From Acaryochloris marina MBIC11017 (GTDB taxonomy: Bacteria > Cyanobacteriota > Cyanobacteriia > Thermosynechococcales > Thermosynechococcaceae), in NCBI RefSeq assembly GCF_000018105.1, contig NC_009925.1, forward strand, positions 630,001 through 662,000: a stretch of DNA of 32,000 nt, read 5' to 3'. Both the position numbers and the translations under genes were made by a program. The notes below the pieces were generated by a model that did not search any database, was not told where the DNA came from, and was given only the letters and a program-made list of their open reading frames with translations. Shown piece by piece: positions 9,059-17,751 of this stretch. Positions within the stretch are counted from its first letter, which is position 1, and every line of letters begins with the position of its first letter.

Positions 9059-10093
9059 ATGGGAGCCACTCGCGCACGTATTGCCATTGACGCCATGGGG
9101 GGCGACCATGCCCCAGATGAGATTGTTGCTGGTGCCTTAAGAGCCCAAGCAGAATTGGATGCAGATGTCTTACTAGTCGGTGATCCTGACCGTCTTGAAG
9201 CTTCCATCAAAAGCCATTCTGATTCCGTCCCCGTTGAAATCATCCCTTCTGAAGGGCTGATCGAGATGAACGAAGAGCCGATCAGCGCCCTTCGCCGCAA
9301 GCGTAAGGCCTCGATCAATGTGGCGATGGATTTAGTCAAAAAGAAGAAGGCTGATGCAGTTGTTTCAGCAGGTCACTCTGGAGCTGCAATGGCTGCCGCC
9401 CTCCTGCGATTGGGTCGAATTCCAGGGATTGATCGACCGGCCATTGGCGGTGTCTTCCCCACCATCATTGCTGGGAAGCCTGTGTTAGTGCTGGATGTTG
9501 GGGCAAATGTAGACTGTCGCCCGGCATTTCTCGATCAATTTGCCACCATGGGCACCATCTACAGCGAGTACGTTTTAGGGACTGAAGCGCCAAAAGTGGG
9601 ATTGCTCAACATTGGAGAAGAATCCTGTAAGGGCAATGAAGTATCGGTTCAAACCTATCAATTATTAGAGCAGAACCCTCACGTTGACTTTATTGGTAAT
9701 GCTGAGGGACGAGATGTGCTCTCTGGTCAGTTTGATGTCATTGTTTGCGATGGGTTTACCGGAAATATCCTTCTGAAATTTGCAGAGGCGGTGGGCGAAG
9801 TTGCCCTTCAAATACTACGAGAAGAGCTGCCTAGAGGCATCCACGGCAAAGTGGGGACAGGTATTTTAAAGCCCAACTTGCGTCGGATTAAACAGCGGAT
9901 GGACCATGCAGAGCATGGTGGAGGATTGCTCTTAGGCGTTGCGGGTGTCTGTATTATCAGTCATGGCAGTTCCCAAGCACCTTCAATCTTTAATGCCATT
10001 CGGTTGGCAAAAGAAGCTGCGGATAATCAGGTATCCCAGCGAATTCAGTCTTGCTATCAACAGACGGTGACAGCCGCCTCCAATGGAGAATAA
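9059..10093 (+). CDS. plsX: Phosphate acyltransferase PlsX
   Basis: 344 aa with IAIDAMGGDHAP, VSAGHSGA, the GNAEGRD region, DGFTGNI.LK and a typical C-terminus. It sits immediately upstream of fabH, which is the conserved arrangement. Confidence 0.93.
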   Translation: MGATRARIAIDAMGGDHAPDEIVAGALRAQAELDADVLLVGDPDRLEASIKSHSDSVPVEIIPSEGLIEMNEEPISALRRKRKASINVAMDLVKKKKADAVVSAGHSGAAMAAALLRLGRIPGIDRPAIGGVFPTIIAGKPVLVLDVGANVDCRPAFLDQFATMGTIYSEYVLGTEAPKVGLLNIGEESCKGNEVSVQTYQLLEQNPHVDFIGNAEGRDVLSGQFDVIVCDGFTGNILLKFAEAVGEVALQILREELPRGIHGKVGTGILKPNLRRIKQRMDHAEHGGGLLLGVAGVCIISHGSSQAPSIFNAIRLAKEAADNQVSQRIQSCYQQTVTAASNGE

Positions 10094-10104
10094 ACGTGCA
10101 GCAA

Positions 10105-11094
10105 ATGGCCACTGGATTGGCAGTTACTGGGTGCGGCTCTGCTGCTCCTGAGACTTCCCTGGATAATCATGGTCTGAGCCAAATCGTTGATACCTCTGAT
10201 GAGTGGATTGCAAGCCGAACGGGCATCCGATCTCGGCACCTCGCGGGTCCAGATGACACGTTGGCAAAACTGGGTGCGATCGCAGCCCAAAATGCCTTAG
10301 AGATGGCCCAAGTGGAAGCCACTGATCTTGATCTAATACTGCTGGCCACTTCGACCCCTGACGATTTGTTTGGTAGTGCCTGTCAGATTCAGGCTGCAAT
10401 TGGTGCAAAGCATGCCGTTGCCTTTGACCTCACTGCTGCCTGTTCTGGGTTTGTATTTGGCATGATTACGGCTGCCCAATTTATCCGCACGGGGGTCTAC
10501 CGCAATGTCCTCCTGGTCGGAGCTGATGTGCTCTCTCGTTGGGTAGACTGGACCGATCGTCGATCTTGTGTCCTCTTTGGGGACGGAGCAGGCGCGGTGG
10601 TTCTCCAAGCCAATGACACCGATCGCCTGCTCGGATTTGCTTTACACAGCGACGGCTGTTTACATGATTGCCTCAATGTCCAATATCAGGGCGAGGCACG
10701 TCCCTTGACTGGGGAAATTAATGTTAGTCAAGGGACATATCAACCTATTTCCATGAATGGGAAGGAAGTCTACCGGTTTGCAGTGAATCGAGTGCCTGAA
10801 GTCGTGGAGAAGGCTCTCTTTCAGTCGGACTTAAAAACGGACGATATTGATTGGTTGCTCTTGCACCAGGCAAATCAGCGCATTCTCGATGCGGTGGCCA
10901 AGCGCCTCAAGGTGCCTGCTGAGAAGGTGATTAGTAATATCGCCAACTATGGCAATACCTCTGCCGCTACGATTCCTTTAGCGTTGGACGCAACGGTTCG
11001 CAAAGGTCATATCAAACCTGGAGATACGATTGCGGCCTCTGGATTTGGGGCTGGCTTGAGTTGGGGCGCGGCTATCTTTCAGTGGCAGCGCTAG
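10105..11094 (+). CDS. fabH: Beta-ketoacyl-ACP synthase III (FabH)
   Basis: Active-site Cys in AACSGF, His in LHQANQRI, and Asn in NYGNTSAATIP. The track start at 10051 overlaps plsX. ATG at 10105 (or GTG at 10096) gives the family-typical N-terminus. Confidence 0.93.
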   Translation: MATGLAVTGCGSAAPETSLDNHGLSQIVDTSDEWIASRTGIRSRHLAGPDDTLAKLGAIAAQNALEMAQVEATDLDLILLATSTPDDLFGSACQIQAAIGAKHAVAFDLTAACSGFVFGMITAAQFIRTGVYRNVLLVGADVLSRWVDWTDRRSCVLFGDGAGAVVLQANDTDRLLGFALHSDGCLHDCLNVQYQGEARPLTGEINVSQGTYQPISMNGKEVYRFAVNRVPEVVEKALFQSDLKTDDIDWLLLHQANQRILDAVAKRLKVPAEKVISNIANYGNTSAATIPLALDATVRKGHIKPGDTIAASGFGAGLSWGAAIFQWQR

Positions 11095-11970
11095 TTGTCG
11101 GTTCACAATTTTCTTAAACTGCTGCTGCTAGCCGCTATCTGGGGTAGTTCGTTTCTGTTTACCCGAATTGCAGCACCAGAATGGGGGCCGATTTGGTTAA
11201 TTGAGCTGAGAGTTTTAATCGCTAGTCTGACCTTACTACCGCTGGTGTTCAAATTAGACCTATGGCCTCAGATTCAGCGACAATGGCGACCTTTGCTGCT
11301 GCTGGGCATCTTGAATTCGGCCTTGCCATTCAGCCTGTTAGCCTATGCATCTTTATCCTTATCTTCAGGGTTTACTGCCATTTTGAATGCCACGACGCCT
11401 TTGTTTGGCTTGTGGATTGTGGTCCTGTGGCTACAGGAAAAACTCTCCGTGCCGCGCTTGGTCGGCTTTGCGGTTGGTTTTTTGGGTGTGGTGTTTTTAG
11501 TGGGCTGGCAGGATATACCCCTAACCTTTAATCAAGGCATTGCCATTGCTGCGGGGCTTTTAGCGGCTTTGCTATACGCCATTGCTGCCCCCTATATTCA
11601 GCAGCAGTTTGCCGGTGTTCCTGCTTTAGCTGTAACAACGGGAAGCCAACTGAGTGCGGCAGTGAGCTTGGTGCCATTGCTTCCGTTCTCCATACCTAGC
11701 CAGATTCCTTCGTCCAAAGCGATCCTATCTGTCTTGGCCTTGGGGATTCTGTCTTCGGTTCTGGCTCAGATGCTTTATTTTCACTTGATCAAAGTCATGG
11801 GGCCAAGCAAAACTTTGACCGTTGCTTACCTAATTCCCTTATTCGCCATGCTTTGGGGAGCATTAGCACTAGGAGAAATCGTGACGACATCGATGGGGGT
11901 GGGATGTGGATTGGTGCTATTAGGAACTGCGATCGCAAATGATCTGTTTACACCTACTAAAAATTCCTAG
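11095..11970 (+). CDS. EamA/DMT-superfamily transporter
   Basis: 291 aa with about 10 TM segments and a duplicated EamA-like architecture (LLLAAIWGSSFLF...). The only canonical start before the conserved N-terminus is TTG at 11095, directly abutting the fabH TAG stop. Confidence 0.8.
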   Translation: MSVHNFLKLLLLAAIWGSSFLFTRIAAPEWGPIWLIELRVLIASLTLLPLVFKLDLWPQIQRQWRPLLLLGILNSALPFSLLAYASLSLSSGFTAILNATTPLFGLWIVVLWLQEKLSVPRLVGFAVGFLGVVFLVGWQDIPLTFNQGIAIAAGLLAALLYAIAAPYIQQQFAGVPALAVTTGSQLSAAVSLVPLLPFSIPSQIPSSKAILSVLALGILSSVLAQMLYFHLIKVMGPSKTLTVAYLIPLFAMLWGALALGEIVTTSMGVGCGLVLLGTAIANDLFTPTKNS

Positions 11971-11996
11971 CTAGGAAAGCTGAATCTCCCCCAGAA

Positions 11997-12323
11997 TTAG
12001 GCTAGCCCTTCAACGGCACGGCGGAATTCTTCTACCTCATCGCCGAATTCGATGTCCATGACCGCTTCCACATTTTCATGGGGACGAGGAATAATCACCC
12101 AAGTCTCCAAAACACCACCGGGTGTTTTCTCCGCTGCTGCCACACCAGCATCCATAGCCATTTTGACTTCAGACACATCCCCGCGAATATTGATCGTAAA
12201 CCGAGCACTCCCTGCTCGGATATAACCAACTAAGGTCACACGCCCAGCTTTGACCATGGCATCTGCTGCCGCCAATACGGGGGGGAATCCTTTCGTTTCC
12301 AGTGACCCAACTGCCTGTGGCAT
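11997..12323 (-). CDS. ccmK4: Carboxysome shell BMC-domain protein, CcmK4-like
   Basis: The BMC fold signature is present (GFPPVLAAADAMVKAGRVTLVGYIRAGSARFTINIRGDVSEVK ... TWVIIPRPHENV). It closely matches my recollection of Synechocystis CcmK4. ATG at 12323 has GAGGAA upstream and is preferred over the TTG at 12338 in the track. Confidence 0.85.
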   Translation of the reverse strand: MPQAVGSLETKGFPPVLAAADAMVKAGRVTLVGYIRAGSARFTINIRGDVSEVKMAMDAGVAAAEKTPGGVLETWVIIPRPHENVEAVMDIEFGDEVEEFRRAVEGLA

Positions 12324-12379
12324 TCCGACTTTCCTCAAAGATAATAATGTACAACTTAGCGCTCGTTCTAACCCTTAAT

Positions 12380-12691
12380 TCACGTTCGAAAGGGTTCAGA
12401 ACGTTCTGAGTAATCAATCGGCAAAATCGCCTCAATATTCTCAGGGGGATTTGGCACGATATAGTGGGATTCAACTTTAGCTGAACCAGGCATCCCTTCA
12501 ACAGCGGCAATACCTGCCTCCATGCCCCGCTTTACTTCCGCCACAGGTCCACGAATGGAGATCACATAGCGACCGCTGGCGCAGCTCGTGTACCCCATCA
12601 GGGCCACACGACCGGCTTTGACCATGGCATCTGCTGCTGCTAAAACAGCCGGATATCCATAGGTTTCAATCATTCCAACGGCAACTGGCAT
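12380..12691 (-). CDS. ccmK3: Carboxysome shell BMC-domain protein, CcmK3-like
   Basis: BMC domain (MPVAVGMIETYGYPAVLAAADAMVKAGRV ... ISIRGPVAEV ... HYIVPNPPENI), which is CcmK3-like. It is upstream of the ccmK4-like gene on the same strand, as at the satellite ccmK3-ccmK4 locus of other cyanobacteria. Confidence 0.8.
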   Translation of the reverse strand: MPVAVGMIETYGYPAVLAAADAMVKAGRVALMGYTSCASGRYVISIRGPVAEVKRGMEAGIAAVEGMPGSAKVESHYIVPNPPENIEAILPIDYSERSEPFRT

Positions 12692-12791
12692 TGTTTTTCT
12701 CCGGTGCTAACCCTTTACCCGCAGTACAAACTATACCTCAATCGTTCTACCGCTGATAGTCATTGCGCTCGACAATGTCATGGTTCTTATT

Positions 12792-12816
12792 CTGTGGCCT
12801 TAAATAGAGGCCACAG
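12792..12816. promoter_or_regulatory. 8-bp stem hairpin (CTGTGGCC-N9-GGCCACAG) in the ccmK3 / ABC-ATPase intergenic region
   Basis: A perfect inverted repeat read directly from the sequence. It has no flanking U-run, so it is not a classic terminator. Function unknown. Confidence 0.2.
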
Positions 12817-13040
12817 CGGGAAGGATGATCTGCAAAAAAAGTGTTCTCGACTTGGTAAATGACAGATGCAATACACTATGTCTCTTGTATGGCAAAGACA
12901 AGTGTAAGTTTCCTCGGGAGGTTAGAATCATCTCTTAGCGCTGGCCACCAGCCAACATCATCTGTTTCTGATTTAGGCCATGATTTTTTAAAGACCCCTG
13001 GCAGCTGAACTTCAACAAATGATTCAAAATGATAAGACTG

Positions 13041-13060
13041 CCTCGACATCAGTGTCGAGG
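13041..13060. promoter_or_regulatory. 8-bp stem hairpin/palindrome CCTCGACA-TCAG-TGTCGAGG, part of a CTCGAC motif cluster
   Basis: A perfect inverted repeat. The same CTCGAC(A/T) core recurs at 12768, 12846 and 13098. Confidence 0.2.
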
Positions 13061-13236
13061 TTAGACTGATCGTCATTCTGGAACAACGTGAATGTTGCTC
13101 GACACTTTCACGAAAGGTCGTTGGGGATGATTTCGCGATTTAACTTGCAAACTAACGGTAGAGTCAAGGCATCGATGAAAATTTCACGATGGATGCCCAG
13201 CATCAATACTGATCTTTGCTGAAAACCCTCTAGAGT

Positions 13237-14196
13237 ATGCTGCACTTTGAACAGGTCAGTTTGCAATTCCCAAGTGTGCCAGAGCCAACATTACGAAGCT
13301 GCACTTTTAAAGTCGAGGCTGGGGAATTGGTGGTAATTTTGGGGCCATCAGGTTGTGGCAAAACCACCTTATTAAAGCTGGTTAACCGTTTATACGAGCC
13401 TACTTCAGGACAGATCTCCCTCAATGGTAAAGGCATTCATACGCTTCCCCTGACTACCCTGCGTCGCCAAATGGGATATGTCATCCAGCAGGCAGGTTTA
13501 TTTCCCCATATGACCATTGCCCAAAATATTGCGGTCGTACCTAAGTTATTGGGGTGGCCTAAAACTGAGATCGCTGCTCGGGTAGAGGAATTATTGGAAC
13601 TTGTTCAACTCCCCCAAGCGTTTGGCAAACGCTATCCCAGTCAACTTTCCGGTGGACAGCAGCAACGGGTGGGGTTAGCCCGAGCTTTGGCGGCTAAGCC
13701 AGAAGTGTTACTAATGGATGAGCCCTTTGGGGCTTTGGATGCCATTACTCGTAAATCTCTGCAACAAGAGCTGCAGCAGTTACAGCAACAATTCAAAAAA
13801 ACGATTCTGTTTGTCTCCCATGACATTGAAGAGGCTTTACGACTAGCTGATCGGATTTTGATTCTCAATCAGGGGCATTTGGTCCAATACGGGACACCGT
13901 GGCAAATCCTCACCCAACCTGCCTCTGCTTTTGTTGAAGCATTAGTAGGTACTGAGGATGTTCTAAAACAGCTATCGGTTTTGTCTGTAGAACGAGTGAT
14001 GGTAACCACAGCTTCTTCCGTTCCCCATCTTCCCAAAATTGCTAATCATGGCACGTTACGAGATGCCTTGTCCATGTTATTGAAGTCAGGTCAATCGCAA
14101 TTACAGGTTATGAATGGGACAGACGCAGTGGGAATTTTAGATCTCAATCATATTCAAACCGTTTGGCAAGATCCAACCCATTTTGATGGAGGCTAA
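13237..14196 (+). CDS. Osmoprotectant (glycine betaine/choline, OpuC/ProV-type) ABC transporter ATP-binding protein
   Basis: Walker A GPSGCGKTT, FPHMTIAQNI, signature [16 protein letters not shown], and Walker B LLMDEPFGALD. A short CBS-like C-terminal tail is present. Confidence 0.85.
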   Translation: MLHFEQVSLQFPSVPEPTLRSCTFKVEAGELVVILGPSGCGKTTLLKLVNRLYEPTSGQISLNGKGIHTLPLTTLRRQMGYVIQQAGLFPHMTIAQNIAVVPKLLGWPKTEIAARVEELLELVQLPQAFGKRYPSQLSGGQQQRVGLARALAAKPEVLLMDEPFGALDAITRKSLQQELQQLQQQFKKTILFVSHDIEEALRLADRILILNQGHLVQYGTPWQILTQPASAFVEALVGTEDVLKQLSVLSVERVMVTTASSVPHLPKIANHGTLRDALSMLLKSGQSQLQVMNGTDAVGILDLNHIQTVWQDPTHFDGG

Positions 14197-14240
14197 GAGC
14201 ATTGAATCTGTTGTGATAGTTTGTGATTGAGTCTGCTAAA

Positions 14241-15080
14241 TCAAAGTACAGCAGAACTTTTATCTCTGACCCGATCATAGAATTCTTCCATAACGGCTAG
14301 GAAGGATTGCTCCTTTGGCCAAAAGGCTGGAAAGTCGCCTTGGGTTTTAACCAAAATCCCAGAGACTCCCGTCGAGGGTGGGGCATTAATGGTTTGGGGA
14401 AGTCGTTTGTCTCCTTGCCAAAAGTCTTTGAGCTGTTCGATCTCGGATGCGGGGGTGGTGAGGGGCTGGGTGTAATAGCTGGTGTCTGGTTCCAGCTCTG
14501 TTTGCTGGGCAGTGAGTTCAGCGGATAATGCTTGACCGAGGGGGGATTTCGCGAGTTCCTTTTGTAAGTTTTCCCGAGACAGACCTCGTAGCTCAAACAG
14601 CAAAAATGGGTCTTGGTCCAGCTCTGCAGCTAATAGGTAATAGACGCCAGCAATATGTTTGCAGGGATTGCTCCAGTCGGGACAAGAACATTGAGTCTTG
14701 AAATTTGTATTGCTACGGGGTAGCAGGTTTAAATCCAGCTTGGCAAAGGCATCTTCGATATTGTCAGGCATTTCGTTTAGCATCAGCCGTGAGATCAGAC
14801 TGGCTTTGGATGCGATAAATGCGATCGCAGCTGCCCAATTGGCTTTGCTAATCGGCTCAAACTCAATGCTGGTTTCATACAAAGGCTCTTTATAAACCCC
14901 AAAATAAGGATTCACCGAGCCGCGAACTTCAGCTTTCACCAACCCATCTTTAAGAGTAAAACTTTTGACTTTATTCCCCCGAGCATAGGATCGTCCTCGC
15001 CCCAAACGCCCTGGATCGGTAATTTGCTCAATTGCTGTAAGGAACCGTTGTCCCCACCAGGTTCGACTGAAGTTAGCCAT
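14241..15080 (-). CDS. SWIM zinc-finger family protein (SNF2-partner type)
   Basis: 279 aa with the SWIM signature CSCPDWSNPCKH (CxC-x(n)-CxH). The N-terminal WWGQRF...GRL.RGR.YAR segment is typical of bacterial SWIM proteins found beside SNF2 helicases. Confidence 0.85.
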   Translation of the reverse strand: MANFSRTWWGQRFLTAIEQITDPGRLGRGRSYARGNKVKSFTLKDGLVKAEVRGSVNPYFGVYKEPLYETSIEFEPISKANWAAAIAFIASKASLISRLMLNEMPDNIEDAFAKLDLNLLPRSNTNFKTQCSCPDWSNPCKHIAGVYYLLAAELDQDPFLLFELRGLSRENLQKELAKSPLGQALSAELTAQQTELEPDTSYYTQPLTTPASEIEQLKDFWQGDKRLPQTINAPPSTGVSGILVKTQGDFPAFWPKEQSFLAVMEEFYDRVRDKSSAVL

Positions 15081-15657
15081 TGGTGATTATTCCTCTAAAT
15101 ACGTCCTGGGCCGTTAGTTCTAGCTCAGGGAATAATTCATCACTCAGAATGCGGTTCTCTCGATAGGTAATGGGTAATTGTTCAGGCATAAACACCGTAA
15201 TCGTTTTTGCCTTGGGATCTACGATCCAGACTCTGGATATGCCTGAACTTAAATAGTCTGTTGCCTTTTCCGCCATACCGCCGAAGGATTGATCCGGTGA
15301 GATGACTTCGATTGCCAATTCGGGGGGGACAAGGCAGGGACCATCATCATCTCCCATACTAGAGAGACGTTCATTGGAGATATAGAGCAAATCAGGAACG
15401 GGGACCCAAGGTTTGCCCTCTCGGGATAGGATAACCGCCCATTCAATACCCACTTCTCCTCGATCTTGTGCCCACTGTCGGAGCAATACGTATAACTCAC
15501 CTGAAGTCCGAGAGTGGAAACGTTGTGGAGACATTTTAGGAATCGCTTCTCCATCAATGAGTTCACAGGCCGTTTCACCCTCAGGAAGAGAGAGAAACTC
15601 ATCTAGGGTTAGTTTTCGCGTGACAGCCGGGGTCATGATTTGCTTCGCCTTGGGCAA
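15073..15657 (-). CDS. Uma2-family (DUF820) PD-(D/E)xK putative endonuclease
   Basis: 194 aa. LTLDEFLSLPEGE..ELIDGE, PDLLYI and PELAIEVISP match the Uma2 restriction-endonuclease-like fold core. Its stop overlaps the SWIM start codon (ATGGCTAA, 8 nt). Confidence 0.8.
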   Translation of the reverse strand: MPKAKQIMTPAVTRKLTLDEFLSLPEGETACELIDGEAIPKMSPQRFHSRTSGELYVLLRQWAQDRGEVGIEWAVILSREGKPWVPVPDLLYISNERLSSMGDDDGPCLVPPELAIEVISPDQSFGGMAEKATDYLSSGISRVWIVDPKAKTITVFMPEQLPITYRENRILSDELFPELELTAQDVFRGIITNG

Positions 15658-15740
15658 TCAGGGTGGGCTGGGGACTAGTTCTAATGTAGTCTGCTTCTGG
15701 TAATTCTTCGATTCAATCCTTATTTTTTTCTGTACAGTTG

Positions 15741-17207
15741 TTAATTCTTGGAAGAGTCACGGAAGACATTAGGCGTCCAGCTACCGTGGAATCCATGAGG
15801 AATATGATGCTGAAGGTGTAATTTTGCAATGACGGTGTTCAGATCTTGGGCATCTAAAATGGCCAAATAAGAACGATAGGTAGCGGCATCAAATACGAGA
15901 GAGAGTAACCACCCATCATCTTCTTGAGTGCTATCGGGGCGAGGGACAAAAATCGGTTCACCCGGAAATGCTCTGGGAGCGACACTCCAGATTTGCTGTT
16001 CACCGGATTCTTTATCGAGCTTAAGAATGGCTTGCAGGGGACCATTTTTATCTGAACTGTCACAGACACTCATATATACATAACGATGCTCTTTTCCTAC
16101 CCATTGGGGATGCACGGAGGGAAATTCACAGCCTCTTTCAACTACTTTTCGGTGGACTACCTTTTTAGATGATAAATTGACCTCAAATTCCCATAATTCG
16201 CCTGTGGGGAAAGACTCAAAGTCAATTTGCTCAAAATCTAACTCGTCTTGCTGTTTCTGGGGGAAGAAATCACTACAAACGGATTCAAAGTAGAGTTTTC
16301 CTTCTTTCTCCCAGGCATTGCCATGGTGAAATCCAAAGAATGAATCGGTTTCTAATATCTCTAGGTCATGATTGCCATGGCGAGAAATCAGAATGATTTT
16401 AGTGGGTTGCTCTGGATTGAAGTCAAAACATTGTTCAATAGTTTTGAAACCCAGCAGAAAAGGCAATCCTTTTACCTGAAAGGGATGCTGCACAAAGATG
16501 CAGTAATTTTCTGTTACTAACATGTCGTGCAAGAAAGCAAACCCTGATAAAGGATGAGAGGACTGTTTTAATGGGTTGCCTTGCTCATCGAGTTCAAAGA
16601 TGGTTAAGCTTTGGGACGCAATCCCTTTAACGCCAAAATTAATAAAACGGCCATCAATGATTCTGGGGTGAGCCGAAAAAGGCTGATCGGCTGTGAGTAG
16701 TCCATCTAGAGTGTCTGGACCAATGGTTTCTAGGGTCTCAGGAGTGAGCTGATGGGGATGGCCGCCTTCCCACATCGCCCATAATTTATCTCCCCAGTAA
16801 ATCACGCTGGTGTTTGCCGCATTTTTGAAATTGGTATTAAAAATATTGGCTAGCCATCCTCCCGCTTTTTGGGTGCCAAACCCTCGGTATAGGATTTTCC
16901 CAGCGGCTTGTTCTTTGAGATAGCCTTCTGTGCGAACGTAGCGATTTTGAAAGTGGGCACGACCTTGCTCAAAGGTGATGGCACAGATCATGCCGTCTCC
17001 ATCAAAGGGATGGCCGATTTTTTGGCCGTTGACTTCTAAGCTGCCAGCTCCATTCCGGAACAACGTCCCTTGCAGTTCTGGGGGAATGGTGCCTTCTACT
17101 TCATCAATCCAGTAACTATATTCATTCAGCTGTGATTCATAACCTTTGGCCCAGTCTTTGACTAGAGAAGCGTTTTTGCTTAATTTCTCTGATGCAATAG
17201 CTGTCAT
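15741..17207 (-). CDS. Carotenoid cleavage oxygenase (apocarotenoid-15,15'-oxygenase-like, RPE65 family)
   Basis: 488 aa. The conserved iron-ligand His contexts are present (SAHPR, FLHDM, FHHGNAWE, HIPHGFHGSW), and the length is typical of cyanobacterial ACO. Confidence 0.9.
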   Translation of the reverse strand: MTAIASEKLSKNASLVKDWAKGYESQLNEYSYWIDEVEGTIPPELQGTLFRNGAGSLEVNGQKIGHPFDGDGMICAITFEQGRAHFQNRYVRTEGYLKEQAAGKILYRGFGTQKAGGWLANIFNTNFKNAANTSVIYWGDKLWAMWEGGHPHQLTPETLETIGPDTLDGLLTADQPFSAHPRIIDGRFINFGVKGIASQSLTIFELDEQGNPLKQSSHPLSGFAFLHDMLVTENYCIFVQHPFQVKGLPFLLGFKTIEQCFDFNPEQPTKIILISRHGNHDLEILETDSFFGFHHGNAWEKEGKLYFESVCSDFFPQKQQDELDFEQIDFESFPTGELWEFEVNLSSKKVVHRKVVERGCEFPSVHPQWVGKEHRYVYMSVCDSSDKNGPLQAILKLDKESGEQQIWSVAPRAFPGEPIFVPRPDSTQEDDGWLLSLVFDAATYRSYLAILDAQDLNTVIAKLHLQHHIPHGFHGSWTPNVFRDSSKN

Positions 17208-17751
17208 ACCATTTTTACGAAGATTTGTAATAATCTTAGCGTGAAAAAACTATGCCAAAATCGCAGCGATGTTGAAGTAGCGTTGTACATGCCAGAATTA
17301 AATGACATTTTCTCAAAATTATTGTCAAAACCCTAAATTCTTGAGAAATATACCAGGTAAAGATTTTGGGGAAATACAGATTTCCTCTTCACTGAATATC
17401 TTTCAATAATTAAATACCATTTTTTCAGAATCATTTTAGAATTTTCCAGGGTTGGTTGTCATTTGTCAGCTTGACCTCAGTGGTTAATCTACTTATGTTT
17501 CTGATGACATTGTTGTTCATGAAATGGCTTCTTAAATATTGTGAATAGAGAATTAAAAACTACTAATATGTCACTATTTTGTTCGATTCAGAAGGATTAA
17601 ATGATACTTGATATCTAATTTACTTTTGGAGATTTTCATGCGAGTCTTGACATCAGTTTTTTTGTATAGAGAAGTTGTACGTCAGTCTGCCATATAACCA
17701 TAGTAAGATGAAAAGTTTTCGTGTAGTAAAGTTTTAGGTAAATAGTATTTT

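Noticed and set aside
10051-10104. N-terminal extension of fabH given in the ORF track (start 10051)
   Set aside because: It overlaps the plsX 3' end in another frame and adds 18 residues not typical of FabH. ATG at 10105 or GTG at 10096, right after the plsX stop, fits better.
12169-12510. 113-aa minus-strand ORF bridging the ccmK4-like and ccmK3-like genes
   Set aside because: It is an alternative frame overlapping two ORFs that have unmistakable BMC-domain sequences, and it has no motif of its own.
12876-13076. 66-aa minus-strand ORF in the ccmK3 / ABC ATPase intergenic region
   Set aside because: I saw no recognisable domain and no obvious ribosome-binding site. It overlaps the CTCGAC motif cluster, which I consider the more likely functional content. 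The ORF cannot be supported from sequence alone.
14297-15602. Overlapping alternative-frame ORFs inside the SWIM and Uma2 genes (14297..14596, 14307..14528, 14698..14895, 15249..15602, 15413..15703)
   Set aside because: Each lies within or antisense to an ORF with clear family signatures. Their translations are low-complexity (Pro/Ser/Arg-rich), with no motifs.
17495-17548. 17-aa hydrophobic mini-ORF (MFLMTLLFMKWLLKYCE) in the AT-rich leader upstream of the protease, considered as a type I toxin-like peptide. A 19-aa ORF at 17638..17697 was also considered.
   Set aside because: Short ORFs of this size arise by chance in AT-rich DNA. I found no convincing Shine-Dalgarno sequence, antisense RNA structure or repeat. 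It is worth checking only if transcript data exist.
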